A stretch of 61,710 nucleotides of DNA, counting the filler, from Choristocarpus tenellus KU-1152 (taxonomy: Eukaryota; Protista; Phaeophyceae), in NCBI GenBank assembly GCA_964200185.2. It is 13 parts of 13 records of this genome, joined end to end, with 100 filler letters (N's around TTAATTAATTAA, not from the genome) between each part and the next. Parts side by side here need not be neighbours in the genome. Positions count along the whole stretch, not along the records: positions 26,361 to 31,076 come from CAXNAD020013362.1; positions 31,177 to 35,624 come from CAXNAD020014502.1; positions 35,725 to 38,718 come from CAXNAD020023058.1; positions 38,819 to 46,037 come from CAXNAD020006516.1; 9 more parts are not named here. One strand, 5' to 3'. The notes beneath the pieces are model-generated. The model was not told where the DNA came from. It saw only the letters and a list, made by a program, of their open reading frames with translations, and made no database searches. The translations under genes and the position numbers were made by a program. This document shows, one piece after another, positions 26,361 to 40,314 of the stretch; positions within the stretch are counted from its first letter, which is position 1, and every line of letters begins with the position of its first letter.

Positions 26361-29300
26361 AGGTGAAAGGGAAGAAGAGGAAAGCTGAAGAATCTTCAGG
26401 TGGGGATGACGGTTCCTCAGAGGGGGAGGAGGGGGGGGGAGAGGAAGCCACCAAGAGCAAGGTGAATGGGATGAAGAAAGCTGAAGAATCTTCGAGTGAG
26501 GATGATAGCTCATCAGAGGAGGAGGAGGAGGAGGAGGAAGTCACCAAGAGCAAGGTGAATGGGAAGAAGAGGAAAGCTGAAGAATCCTCAGGTGGTGATG
26601 ACAGCTCATCAGAGGAGGAGGGGGATGTTGAAGCCACCAATAGCAAAGTGAATGGGAAGAAGAGGAAAGCTGGAGAATCATCAGGTGGTGATGATAGCTC
26701 ATCAGAGGAGGAGAGTGATGACAATACTGACCCAGCAGTCTCAGCTGCCAAGCGTGCAAAGGTGAGCTATGCTATACTGATACTAAAAATGTGTACTGTA
26801 CTTTAGGGGGGAGCTATGTTTCCTTGGTAAAAAGTTTCCTTGTCATACCATCCCCTAAAATATTTTGAGCATGAAGTGTGTATTATGTGGGATGGTGTGC
26901 TAGACGGCCTGTGCGTACAAATCCCTTTTACACATTTTTTTGTACAAAGTTGGAATATATTGTGAGCTCCCTGGATATTTAAAGATGTGGGTTGGGGCGG
27001 CTCAACTGGATGGAGGATGGAAGGTAGCTGGCACATATCCCACAATCCACCTGAAAGTATTGCAAAATCTTACACACATTTTTTTAGGATGCAAAAATTG
27101 TGATCCAAAGCTCACCGAGCGCTACCAATTAAAATCGAGATTACCACCAATTTGTGTGTGTATGAAGCCAACCTTTCGAAGTGCCGCACACGTTGGCAAA
27201 TGCATCACAGTGAGGTAGGTGCCTACCTCCTAGAGAGTAATTACTTTTTCATACGGTGCTCATGTATTCTGATGAGGTGATGACTGCCGGAGCGCGGTAA
27301 AGTAACTCTACAAGCTACGTAGCGCTACGGAGCGACTTCACTGTGCAACAAAGGACCGCGGGTTCAAGCAGTAGTGTTGTGAGTTTATAGAATGTACTAC
27401 TGCAATAGAATCGGCTAGAGACCAATTTTTTTGATTGGTCAAATTGAACTGGATGGTGCCAAGGCCAAGACTCCAAAGTCTCTGCAGGTCTCTGCAGGTC
27501 TCAGAAGGCAGACCCAAAGCCATGAAAAACAGTGAATGTATAGTGAGTTGTGGGTATTAGCGGTGATGTCACACCTTGTCATGAATATGGTTGTTACACT
27601 GTGACCTCTTGTTCAGTAGTTGCACTTCTGCTTGTAGTAATGTGATTTTTTTGGTACTTCAAATATATTTTTTTGGTTGTTCTGACCAATCAAACTGGAG
27701 CTGATTGAACTGCGGCGATTCTCAGTTCGACCGAGTACCCTACCCTCCTGGTTACAAACGTGTTGGATATTTATTGGCTCATACATCCTCTACACTTACC
27801 AGCTATCCCTTCTGGAATATAGCTTGAGTTGAAAATGGCATATGACCAAGGAATTCATTATAAATTTTGGACCTTCCTGCTTCTCTCCCCATAAAGTTGC
27901 ACCTTCATCTTCTTGATGTTTCAAATTGTTCTATGAGGCACTCGTGTACATGTTCTGGGTTTCTCCCTTCCCATTGCTCTCAATGTGCCTGCCCCTCAAA
28001 ATCTGAGAATGTGTGAGTGTATGTGCCTTTTGTGAAGGGCAAAATCGTGCCTTTGGACTCTACAATTGCTTCAATTGACTTCTGCCCTTCTAAAGTATGG
28101 AATCTTTTGGGACTGTGCTCTTGTGCTATCCGCTAGTGGTTCTTGACCCTCTTACCATGTCTCTCATTGACCTATTGTAATTGTTTAATCTACTCCCTCC
28201 CTCACTTCTTTCCTCCCTTCCTCCCTCTCTCCTTCCCATCGATACAACTGGCACAGGTGTCAAGCAAGGAAGAGGGTAACGAAGACAGTGACTCCTCAGA
28301 GGAGGATAGTGATTCCTCAGAGGAAGATAGTGACACCGATGAAGATGATGTAAGAGTCCATTGGTTTATTTCTTGTTGATAGCCAACCAACCTTTCCCAT
28401 TTTGTATCTTATCTTTTGTATCCATCCTCGTGTCGACCCTCATGGGGTTATGTTCAGATTTCATGCAGCTGGTAGGAGTTGCCAGTACATATTTTGAGCT
28501 TTCAGAATCTACTGTGGATATCTACCCCAACTGTTTGCCTCTTGATGTCTGACTTTGACAAACTTGAGACAAATTTTATCGTTTAGGGCCAGGTGTTGAT
28601 TAGCTGTTCGTCGAGCGTGACCAAGACCAAGCCTTCCTTTCCTTTCATGCACCCCTTTGTCAGAGACAAGTCCTCTGGGAGATGGGCCAGATCGACTGTC
28701 TCAGTCCTGCCTCCCTTGCAGTTCACCTAGTTTTGACTGAATGAAGTTCAACTAGAATTTCACTTGGTCCTCCCCCCATCTGATTTTTACCCTACCTTTC
28801 CGACAATAGCGGCCGAAAGATGTCATGATTAGTGAGTGCCCCTTACCACTGTTCCGGCGTATTTTGTAAAGTGTGTAGGTGCATTGTATCTAGCTGGCCT
28901 GGTGTGATCAGTTTGGTCATTTTCTGGTGGAGACCTGTAGGCCAAGAGATAGAATCTTTGATGTTTGACTTGAGTGTCCAATGCACTCAAGAGGTGGCAC
29001 TTCCTTTGTATTTGTACATATATTGAAACAGACACAACTGGAACTACTAGTGAATGAATGAACAGTTGTCGCTACAAGGTACTGTGCTCAGAGCAAAGCC
29101 CGCCCCGGCCCCCAACCCTTGCAAGAAGTGTTGGGACTGATGCAGTCCTGACACAAAACCAGAGCAAGGTAATCTCAAGTACAAGGCTTCTTTTTCTTTT
29201 TCTTTCCCTTATCGTAGGAAAGGAGCCAGTGATACCCCCTCTAATCCCCTTGAGATTTTTTTTTTTTGTCTTCACTGTGTTGATTGACGATGGGTTGGGA

Positions 29301-29898
29301 CGTTTGGATTTGAAATGCCCAGGAGGCCCAAAGATTAGCGCTGAAGGCCAAGGCAGAAAGGGAGAGGCGAAGATCGGCAGCAGAAGCGGCTGCAGCATGG
29401 ACTCCCAAGGTGTATTTGGATAATGAAAACACAACGCCCAATGGAAAGTGAGTCCAGCATAGTTTGGGAAGTGAGAAGCGAAGAGAAGTGGTTGCTGAGC
29501 TATGATTGTTTTGGAGGTGCTCAAGGCCTGATGGTGTTGGATGGGCTTGGTTTGGTCTTCCAGTGTGTGGAGTAGGTAGAGCTCAATGCTGCTGACAGTT
29601 TTATCTTATTGCTCGCGAGTGGGACTGGGTTTGGTAGAGAGTAGTTGTGGGGTGCAACGAAGTGATTTGCAAATACAAAGAGGAGAAAAGGTGTCAATAC
29701 TCGCTCTCTCTTCTTTCTTTTTTTTGTTGAGCAGTTGTTCTTGTGAGCGTCTCTAGAGTAGACTCTTTCTGCTTTGTGTGGTTGACTCTTTTGCTTTCCT
29801 CCTTTAGAGTAGATGCACACAACTTTGAACAAACAGTTTCAACAGTCTTTCGGGACGTTCCTGCAGAAATTTTCCGATTTGAAATACCCCTCCTTCAC

Positions 29899-29935
<37 letters not shown>

Positions 29936-30990
29936 CAGGAACGCACGGACTAATAATTGAACCTCTAAGTAGTTTCACCTCTCAACCTAACTTCCACCTT
30001 AGAGATTTGAGGGTCCTGGATGAGAATATGCAGAAATTTGCTTCTGAGTTTTTCAGACAATGGTACGCAGTGAGAAGCGAGGGTGTCAATGCAATAGCCT
30101 TTTCATGCACACACACACTTGGTGTGGTTGGGGTGGGAATTGTGCAACTGGGTGTGGTTGGGGTCATGGGTATGTCCCAGCGATACGGTGGTGCATGGAG
30201 TGTAGTGCTTGCCTTGTTTATCAGGAGACCATTGCGAGGCATGCACTGGAACACTAGGGTGAAAGATACACCTGCAAAGCCTTGCCTGGTGAAGAGTGTG
30301 TATAAGAACGCAAAGAGCGGTAGGAGAGTGTATAACATGAGAAACAAAACGCCTGATGTGTTTAACCCTGATTTGTTCAACCCTTGGCACAATTTTGTTC
30401 TGAGTGAACACTTCCTGTGGAGCGGCTGCTTCCTCCTTACCTCTCGCCATGCTAAGATCCGTCTCTTTTTGGATGTTGTTAGAGTCGCAGTTCCGCTTCT
30501 TTGTTATTATTATTGTTATTATTATTATTAGTGGCCCGCTTTTCTATTTCCCCTGCACCAAGCATGTTGTTGCTAAGGACAAGGGATGCATTTGAGGATG
30601 TATTTGGCCTGCAACTTCCGATGCTCCTTCTCCATCCTTTCATAAATTCATTCTACGGTTGTTCCATTCAGCGTACTTACGACTGATCTGACCTTCTCTC
30701 GGAGTTGATTGAGTGCCCTCCACCAAAGTCCACATTTGTGTGTGTGTGTGTGTGTTTTTTTTTTTAATCTTTATATACCTCAACTCGCAAACGCTCTTGA
30801 CTCACCGGGTGATGGTTTAGTGTTTGATGGCATTCCTGCCCTCGCCAATCGGTGTTTTGTTGAAAGGGTGCCCAGTGAGAACGGAAGCACAGGGAAGAAG
30901 AATCGGGTGCAAGGAGAGGCTTTCAAGAGGGTTAAGGACGAGCAGTGGGTTGGAAGTCTCAAGGAAGGCTTCAAGGACAACAGTTATGCT
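26361..30990 (+). CDS. SRP40: SRP40/Nopp140 (NOLC1)-like nucleolar phosphoprotein, partial
   Basis: Exons <26361-26761 (alternating KKRK and Ser/acidic blocks), 28257-28349, 29323-29409 and about 30867-30990. The last reads GEAFKRVKDEQW...FKDNSYA, the start of the SRP40 C-terminal domain. Confidence 0.8.
29899..29931. repeat. (TAA)11 microsatellite
   Basis: Read directly from the sequence. Confidence 0.95.
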
Positions 30991-31037
30991 GTAAGATGTA
31001 TTGAAATCTTTCTAGTTTTATTTTGAGTCATTCTGTC

Positions 31038-31076
<39 letters not shown>

Positions 31077-31176
31077 NNNNNNNNNNNNNNNNNNNNNNNN
31101 NNNNNNNNNNNNNNNNNNNNTTAATTAATTAANNNNNNNNNNNNNNNNNNNNNNNNNNNNNNNNNNNNNNNNNNNN

Positions 31177-31263
31177 TCAGATGGATAGTGTAAGTGCACT
31201 TTTCCTGATCATGGCCCAAGTGAACACCCTGGTGTAGACCCCCCCCCCCAGATACTTTGAGCC
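31177..31263 (-). mobile_element. MITE family B fragment at a contig start
   Basis: ...CCCTGGTGTAGACCCCCCCCCCCAGATACTTTGAGCC. Confidence 0.85.
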
Positions 31264-32627
31264 TCATTGAAATATTCTTTTCATAATAACGCCAACAACC
31301 AAAATGATATGGTGGGCATTTCCTCATTACGAAGCGCACTAGTCACAATTTTGTTTTTAACTGTTCATGGTGCATTCAAAAAATAGTAGTAAACCATACA
31401 AACATGGTGCCTCCAAACATTTTTTTTTGTCATACTACTTTCCCATACGCACAACCTAACCCCAACATAAACTATTGGATCATACTTCCTGCATTCTCCA
31501 ACCTTATTCACCAGCTTTCACAACCAACTGGAGGTCGAAATACTGAAAGGTCGTAATGATTATTAAGATCTCCTATGTATTTGGTGTATCTCTTTGTACC
31601 ACCCTAGCATCTTGCTCAGTCTTCAACTATCACATTCATTCTGGGTCAGTCTAAATATCATCCAATAAGAAGTATGACTGTCATTTTCATTACCCCTGTC
31701 CACTTCCCACCGTAAAAAAATGAGGTATTCATCCTCCACTACTATTATGCCCAACCATGTTGATATCCCCCCAATAAATAAGAAGATGCTGCCACATCGA
31801 TTTTTCCTGCATACCATGCCTCTCCCCCTATGCTGCTGGACACTCCCCTTCGCCTCTACCAGAAATATTGATCAGAAGTTGCCATTATCTTGCCCCTCTA
31901 TGTCCTTCCACCCCTGACATTGAGTTCGACCTATAATTTCTGTCAAATTCTCCCCAGGCCTCTTCCTTCCATTCACCCATTTTGTAACTTCTCAAATCCC
32001 CAGTCTGCTTTGAGGACATTGACCAATTCTCCGCCTACCTTCCCTGCCTTTTTCTTTTTCTCTTGTCACTATGTCAAGTGGTTTACCAATCTACAACTGT
32101 GAACTCTTACTTAGGAGAGTGGCAGATTGTGACCTTCACTAAAAAGTACAACCGTGATCATGTGCTCTCGCTTGTTTTTTTTTTCTAAATAGTGGAGGGA
32201 TGAAGTCGCATTGTAGACATACGCGTCAGTACTTGGTACCAAGTTGTGTTCGCTAATCAGATTGTATCAACAACCGTGTATTAAGAGAGGTCTCTCCGTT
32301 TTGGCCGTCCTTCAGGTCAGGTGTACATGACGATACCTGATTCCTGGTATTGAAGTGTCCAACATCAGGGCCTACTCTTCACGAAGAACTAGATGGTGAC
32401 CATCATCCCCCTCCTCTAATCGTGGTATGGGAGGATATCATCTTAACGAGTGTTCACGTCATCACTATTGTTCTGAACGATGTTAATACAACCATAGTAG
32501 TACAAACTAGTACTTGTTCTACATAGTTTTAAGTACAATATTATATATATAATGATAACCACACTCACATTTTCATCATTTGCTACAACTACTACGAAAC
32601 CGTTCCCCAAGAACTGATAGTTATGGT

Positions 32628-35457
32628 ATGGGCGACAATGCTCAAGGGATGACTCGATTGTGCGGACCTGAGGTCAAAAAAGACACGTTTGGAAAATGCA
32701 GTGGAGAAGGAGAAAATGGTGAGACGTCAGCTGGTTCCAATTGCTCATTGAAGCTTCAGCCAATCGATACACGAATAAAACTGCAGATCATGGACCGGCA
32801 GGTGAGCCAGGAGATGGCACGCGAATGTATGTGGGAAGCATTCGCTAAAAGACAACCTCGATGCGTTAGCGTTCCCTCGTCTCATTTCCTACGATCGACT
32901 CTGTTTTAGCCTGAAACAACAGAGCATATAGCTCACCATTTGATTGTCCTGTTGCGCTGTGGTAGGGCTCAAGCATGCGCTCTCGGGTCAACTTTGGTCA
33001 AACGCACATGGTGGCGTCACAGGCCCCTCCAGTTAAAATGAGCTTCGGAAAGATGTTGCAGGAGCACAAGAGCTACGTAGAGGCGAGGAAACAAATTGCA
33101 AGGATATCACGGTAAGGGAAAGAGCAAGGGCTTCGGTATTCCCTACAAAGCACTCCAACGAGCCCTTGATTTTGACGAGTATATTAATAGTGCAGATTGG
33201 TGAGCTACAGCTTTCGTCCAGCCCAAGAACCGATCGCATTGAGCGGAAGGGGTGTTGTTGAAGGGAGATATTGAGGAATTCAGCCCTAGTAACTACGATC
33301 CCACTATCAACTTTTTATGTGCACTACCCCCCTCCCCAGAATTGTGACAATTCCTGTCTCAATGTCGTTCTTCCGTCAGAGAAAATCACTTAAAATTTGT
33401 GAGCGATGGCGAACGAATATTTGACCAGGAGATGTCGTTGAGAAACCTGCAGGAGAAAGTTAGAACAGCTGGAACATATGGAGCTGCTACCCTGACCAAC
33501 AAGATCGAGCGAATGCATAGACAGGGGAGAGAGCGTGAGGTAGGACAAAGATACTAATCAAGTACAGTTGTATATGACCTCTGTTGTACTCTGCTAGCCT
33601 CATCGAATGTGCAGTCCCACCGTTACTTTTGTCAACTATGAGCGTTCAGCTCTTTGTAGTTGTGCTAATCATTATGTAGGAGTTGTAAATCTATACGTTC
33701 AAAATGTGGTGACAGAGAATAATCAGCAATTTTTATTCTGCCAGTCTTAGCATCCCTCATGCTCCCTCTATGCACATATGTCTTACCACACTTCAACCGT
33801 TTGCGACATTTGGATAAAAATGAAAGGCAAGGGCCATGCTTGAATGGAATGAGAGAAGAGCGCAAAAGCAACTTCGACGGGGGCCTCACAGAGGAGCAAT
33901 TCCAGCTGACGATAAAACAACTACATCCATGCAGGAGCTCATCCCGTCAAGCCGCCTCCCACAGAACCAGATTTATGACCATGGTATACAGGATGTGCGA
34001 AGCAAGAAGGAGGTGGAGCAAGGAGGAAAAATCGAAAGGTACCATGGCAACAATCCTGTGTTTGAGCTACGCAATCTTTACACCAAAAGGGAGCTGGATG
34101 CACAACAGCAGGGGTGGAAACAATTGCCACAGAAGCTCTTCAATACTTTAACATTACAGTTAGGAACTATTACAAAGGTGTGAGGGAGGTGGAGGTCAGT
34201 GCTTTGTGGATTAGGGCATATTTTTCAAATTTCTTTTCAGCGCAGTCATTGCTCAGGTTAATGCCCCAGGGTGGTGAGGCAGAGAGGGTAGGCAACCGAA
34301 AAGAGAATAAAAAAATATCCGCCTTGGCGTATATCAAGGACATAATGTGAATAAGTGCACACAGAGAGCTCGTCCTCTTTTTTCGAAGATCAGCAACCAA
34401 TTTGTTGTCAGAAATCTTTCAAAAATGTTCCTGTCTATTCTGCAGTACCTGCTTCCGTAGTAGTATGTGCTTAAACATGATGCAAAAGATGCATGTAGAA
34501 GGTGCACTGCGAAGACCTAACATGGCACTTGAAATGCAGTCACATGAATAGTTCGTTGCTCTCCAGACTTCGTTTTCGTTGCCCTATCTCTATCGATTAC
34601 TGAGCAACAAGCAGTCCTGAGCTTCCAAGTAACTGTCTCACTCTGTGAGGAACACTTACAGCAATTACTTCAAGTCTTTGAAAGGAGACAACACCCTTTC
34701 TACTCTCTGCTTTCTCAACCTTGCATTCTGTGGAGAGACAGTAAGCTTTTCTTGTAAACCTATAGATACTATTTGCTTGGTTATTTGGTAGTTACATCAA
34801 ACGATCATTTCCAAATCCCTTCCATATCAAAATGTAAAGTAAAGTTGTGTAATATTGTGTAATATTGAGTAATTTTGGCTATCGTGTTTGTTAGGAAGTG
34901 TCATTATCCTTGTTCCGGACCCACTTTTTCATAGCGTATACATTTTACCTACTCCGAAATATTTTGGAGTAGGTGAGAGTCGTAAAAACCCCAAGGGAAC
35001 TCAAGCCCCAAATTGACAAACAGGGCAAAAATAGTACCTTCTAAGATACTTTCACTCTCCTTCAATTGAGCAATTCAATGAAACAAAATGTGGAACGTCG
35101 TGAATGGGAATCTGAGGATGATCACCTACAAAACCCTGCATTTTGCTACAACCTGGTAAGCTTATTGATTCACTACCAGCACTTCTTCACCACACCTTCC
35201 CCGCCTAATCTTCCCCCCTCCCCTTTCACTTGTCTGGTGTCCCTTTGATCTATGCTTTCCCCAACTCCCCAACTGCCAACTTTTTCTTTTGTCTCCCTAG
35301 CACAGATCAACATGCCTCGCAATGAATTGGAAGTCCTGATCTCTTTGAAGAACCCCAGCTTCTCGTGTATGCACATGCAGTCAGTCACTGATGTAAATCT
35401 CTCTGAAAACAAGCTTTCCGGCCTTCCAGTGGAAATCCACCGTCTCACGAGCCTCAG
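32628..35457 (+). CDS. Leucine-rich repeat protein; first five exons
   Basis: Phase-consistent GT-AG exons 32628-32801, 33023-33111, 33380-33539, 33827-34177 and 35306-35457. The last reads VTDVNLSENKLSGLPVEIHRLTSL, an LRR consensus. Confidence 0.8.
34869..35057 (+). mobile_element. MITE family A, 5'-truncated, intronic
   Basis: Internal hairpin and right TIR ...CTAAGATACTTTCACTC. Confidence 0.9.
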
Positions 35458-35561
35458 GTACAGCACCAGCAGCTCTTAGTATCAAAGTAGGCATGCCATC
35501 ACAGTGACTCTTGAGGAAAACAGCACATTAAAGGACCCACAGGGGGGGCAAAATAGCATTG

Positions 35562-35624
35562 GAGTGAAACTATCTTAGAGAGTACGAATTTTTCCCTGTT
35601 TGTCCATTTGTGGGGCTTGGCTTC
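35562..35624 (-). mobile_element. MITE family A end at a contig end
   Basis: GAGTGAAACTATCTTAGAGAGTACG...GTCCATTTG. Confidence 0.85.
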
Positions 35625-35724
35625 NNNNNNNNNNNNNNNNNNNNNNNNNNNNNNNNNNNNNNNNNNNNTTAATTAATTAANNNNNNNNNNNNNNNNNNNN
35701 NNNNNNNNNNNNNNNNNNNNNNNN

Positions 35725-35751
35725 CCACCCCCCCCCCAGATACTTTGAGCC
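35725..35751. mobile_element. MITE family B terminal repeat at a contig start
   Basis: CCCCCCAGATACTTTGAGCC. Confidence 0.75.
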
Positions 35752-36228
35752 AAATGGTGGAAAGAACTGCTTGAGGCATACTGGTGGTGCCATATGCACA
35801 CTTCTGATCACCATATACCAAATATCTTGGCAGGGATGGGTGCACGAAATATCTTGACACTTCAAGCAGCGTCTGAGGGTGCCGAACCCTACTTCTTTCG
35901 TTGGCATTTGAAGAAGGGAGTGCATCAATCCAAAACTTGCCTGCTTCCTCGCACTAGAATGATCTACATCTCTATCTTCATAAATATTATTACGTTTTCT
36001 CGGATTGGAATGTACGCAATACAATTTGTATAACTCTACCCATGGTTTTAACACACCTAGCACGCATCCAAAAACATAGGTACAAAATACACACATACAC
36101 ACACACATATATAGGTGAGCACACACAAGCATTTTTTCGTGCACACATGCGCACATGCAAGCACTACTGATTCAATGCTGCTGCTGCAAACAAACGCACA
36201 CGGTGCAAAATTGCAATGGTTGGGGTAG

Positions 36229-37562
36229 GCAATTGTGGAGCATGAAATTGGTGCAACTGAGAAGCGTGGTGAAGGGCCACCAGACGCAGAGTCTGTGTTT
36301 TGCCAGGCGCGTAATGGACGGCTCAGGCGACTCGAAGAGTCAATAAACTTGGGCTTTGAAGTTGACCATGAGGATGGTTACGGTAATACCGTGCTCATGG
36401 TTGCATGCCAGGTGAGAATCGAGTCAAGGGCTCATTGCATTTAAGAGCATCACTACAACTACTACTATGCTCCATGGTAGTTTATTAACACCTTGCTGCA
36501 CTCGCACTTACGTCTGTCCTACTGCTCTTATGTTAGTGGTGAGAGTAGTTTCCACGGGGGTTAGCAAGGGGCTAGGCTAATTAGGAAAAATCCTCCACTC
36601 AGATGGAAGCTCTGTTTCCCCTACTAATTTGCTTGAACGGGAGATAGACCACGCATTCTCTCTCCAAGTTAAAAGAGAGGGTACGCATGGGACTGCAAAG
36701 AAATCCATGTGCAAACGTTCCTAAGGAGAGGGGGGCATGCCGGGACTAAGGTCGCTTCCAGCTTAATACTTGCGCCACGAATCAGTGTGTGCACTCTCCC
36801 TATTTGATACACTAGCACTTCATTTCAGTTCTCATTGCTTCAAACAGTTCAAGTAATCTTGAATGTTCTAAGCCATCTTGGACGTTCCAACAGAGACAAT
36901 ACCATGCTGCTGTGAAAGAAATGTGTCCCTTCATTGACCGTACCACAACACACCCTGGTCGGGTCCTTGGGATCCTCCATTTCTTAATGACAAGTCGATG
37001 CAGTTGAACATAGTCAGTACAAAGAATGACTCCGTATTGTTTTGCTTTGCCACTGCACTGTCAACAATGTGCCGAAATTTCAAAATATTATTTCTTGCCA
37101 TCAATACCAAGGTACGTTCTCCAAGAATATTGGCAAGCAAATGCAGTGAAGATTTGGCCCAATGTATTTCAAAGTAGGATTAGCCACAAATATCCTTGAA
37201 AGTGTATAGCTGTGTTCTAGGGTGTCCGAAACTTGCTCCAAAAAGGAAAACTGTGCCAAGTAAAACATTTCAGTTCTGCTTTTCCATGCCCAAACACTAT
37301 CATCTGGGCATATACACAACTCATACTACTTGTGTTTCCATCAACCCCTTGTTGGAAGAATGTGAACTCAGAGATATGCGATATGCTGCTGCGGCGCGGA
37401 GCAAACATCAACCACCGCAACGCCAAGGGCAACACACCTCTGCACTATGCCATGGCCTACGACACTAAAGGATCTCTGGGGGAGATGCTCATTGGCAAGG
37501 GGGCTGATGACTCTGTCTTGAACTTGAGTGGGCTCACCTGTTATGATGGTGGTGTAGGATAA
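36229..37562 (+). CDS. Ankyrin-repeat protein; last two exons
   Basis: Exons 36229-36411 (...DGYGNTVLMVACQ) and 37359-37562 (NVNSEICDMLLRRGANINHRNAKGNTPLHYA...GLTCYDGGVG*), joined in phase 0. Confidence 0.88.
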
Positions 37563-38818
37563 GAGTGGAAGCAAAGCTAGAGGGGAAATAGTGAAGAGAC
37601 TGAGCAGAGAGGAGGTGTTGTGTACAGATTTATATGAGTCAATAGTGAGTTAGTTATAGATAAGCATGAATAGACAGGAGCAGCAGGAGCTGCAGATTGA
37701 TTTGGGGATGACTTGTACCATATCGTCCCTTGTGAATAGAGCTGTTCCGAAGGAGGGACTTCCTAGAGGATATTAGGCTAATCGTTATTTTGTTTGTTTA
37801 AATTCTGAACAGGGGTGTTTCCCCCCACCGCCCCTTACCTCCTGTTGTTGTTGTGAAACTATTCCCACCTTAAGTATGTAGCATGCCAATTTGTGACCGA
37901 ATCATTTTTACAAGTAGTTGTCCCAATTAATTTATTAATTGCTCGAAATACACATACCAGATGTGAGAGATGATGCACCTTGAGCTCAGCGAGAAACTTC
38001 TACAAATATCCCTATCTCGGTAGGGTACAAGGTGACACAGCGGCCAAATACGGTTTCACCTCCATCTCTGAGTACTTCGAAGTATGTACTGCTTGAGTTG
38101 TGCAATGGGAAATCCTAACATACGGAGTAAACGTGATACATAATGGTCAATCCAACTATTCTCATTTACTACATATTCTAACCAGTACTTCAGGTCGCTT
38201 GAATTATGGAAAACATAGGATGAAACAATAATACCGTGCGGGCCTTCAGTAAAAAAAATAGATGAAAAGTGAAAGGGGACGTTTTTTTCTCCTCTTGAAC
38301 CACACAAGGAATTTGTTCTATTTTGAACAACGTTGGTCTCGACAATACTGAAACGTGGATACAAACATACTTGGTACCCGGCAGAAGTAGTAGTGTGCTA
38401 TTGACATATTGGATGGCTGCACATGTAACTCTTATTTCCTCTTGCCCTTTTTCTGGTAAAGTGGGCCCTTTTACTGGGACAGCCGTTAACCTGCCTCACC
38501 ACACAAATGCTTCGAACTACTTGTACTTGGAACTTCTTCAAAGTACTTCACACTGTTGTTGTTGAGCTTGTAAATATCTTGGGAAAAGGAGCTTCTCCTA
38601 CAACTTAGAAGGGAGGTAGGGAGGGAGGGGGGCAATCACTTCTGGCTGATTACCCGTTTCACAATGTGTCCTGACATGGGGGGCCTCAAACTCCAGAAGC
38701 GTTGGTTAACAATTTAAANNNNNNNNNNNNNNNNNNNNNNNNNNNNNNNNNNNNNNNNNNNNTTAATTAATTAANNNNNNNNNNNNNNNNNNNNNNNNNN
38801 NNNNNNNNNNNNNNNNNN

Positions 38819-39000
38819 GGGGGGGGGGGGGGGGGGGGGGGGGGTTGGGCGGCAGTCCATTTGGGGCCAATTTTTTTATGTCGCGATTTTTGGGTGATTT
38901 GGTTGCATGTGTCGGATGGATAATGTGTAAGTGCACTTTTCCTAGTTTTGACCCAGATGGACACCCTGGTGTAGACCCCCCCCCCCAGATACTTTGGGTC
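38819..39000 (-). mobile_element. MITE family B, near complete
   Basis: Reverse-complement match to 18468-18649; ends CCCAGATACTTTGGGTC. Confidence 0.9.
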
Positions 39001-40314
39001 AAATAAGAGAGTCAAGGTCAAAACACAAGTTCATAGGGTGTTAACTTTTCAAAGATGTGTGTGCGCGTAAAACCGTTAAATTTCAGCTCACCAAAATGAA
39101 GAGTCATGTAATGAGGTCATTGTAACAAGTTGTGTTTGATACTGCAGTCCACAACACCAGAGTGGCTGTGATAGGGTCATAATGTTGTCCCAGAAGAATT
39201 AGAAAACTCACTGTTCCATCCAAGCGACGGTTACTCATCATCAACGAAGTCTTGATTTATTACTGTCCACCAGCACGTCACAGTCTGTGAAGAACACACA
39301 CCTGCACCACTTCATCCAGCACGTAATCAGATACTCGTAATAGATTTATAGCAAGACCTCGAAAGACCTTGTCTTGAAAACAATGATGGAATCCTCAATG
39401 AGGCTTCACGAACAATACTGGCATCCTTCATCGTCCAATGGCGATGCAATGACATGCATTTTGAATACGACTAAAATATGGATCGATCATCACATTAAAA
39501 ATACAGAAATAATGTCAGATGCAAGGCATGCATCTTACAGCAATTGTTTCTTGTCTCGGACTTTGCTAGTAGGTTCAAACACAAGAGGGCAGGGACACAG
39601 TTAAAAACAATTACATACGTTGTCGTCTGAGTCTAATAGAGGGGGATAGAGCCGTCACCATCACAAGAGCACGCAACAATACCTTTTTCTTTGTTTTGAG
39701 CCTTGTTCCGACAACAGTTTGTCTACTTTGACTGCACTACCTTGCTATAGTGAAGTCGGAAACGGACACACACTATCGCAAACACTAAAGATTAGATACA
39801 TACACACATAATTACTGTATAGAGTCGTTCACCTTGATAAACAATGAGACACTGAAATACCATCCATCTCTTACGAAGTACCCCTGTAGGAAACAGAGCT
39901 AGGGCACTTCTCCACAGAAAAGGTCACCAAAAAACAAAAAAAATGAATAAAACGCCTGGGCTCATTGTCTTCATTAGACCTTCTGCCGCCCCATAAGCAT
40001 ATAGAAGGACTAAAGGGATAAGGAATGGGTTGCTAAAACTAACAAGGAGCAAAACCCTCCAACTGGCCACAATTGTAAATAATAAATCTTAGACTTGTCA
40101 TTTGAGGGCATCCAAGGTACTCAAATGCATTTCAAACCCAATTCACAACTATGTTGTGTCCCCTGCCTCGAGTAAGAACCCCCAAAAAACAAAAACTCCC
40201 CGACACAATGCATATCCTCTGGTATGCCAAGTAGTGTACACAGTGCTGTACTCCATACATGCACTCCATACATGCACCGATTGCAGGTGAGTATGCAAAA
40301 TAAAAACAAAAAAG

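Noticed and set aside
38350-38600. Cys-rich fragment reminiscent of a piggyBac C-terminal domain
   Set aside because: Too degenerate to assign.
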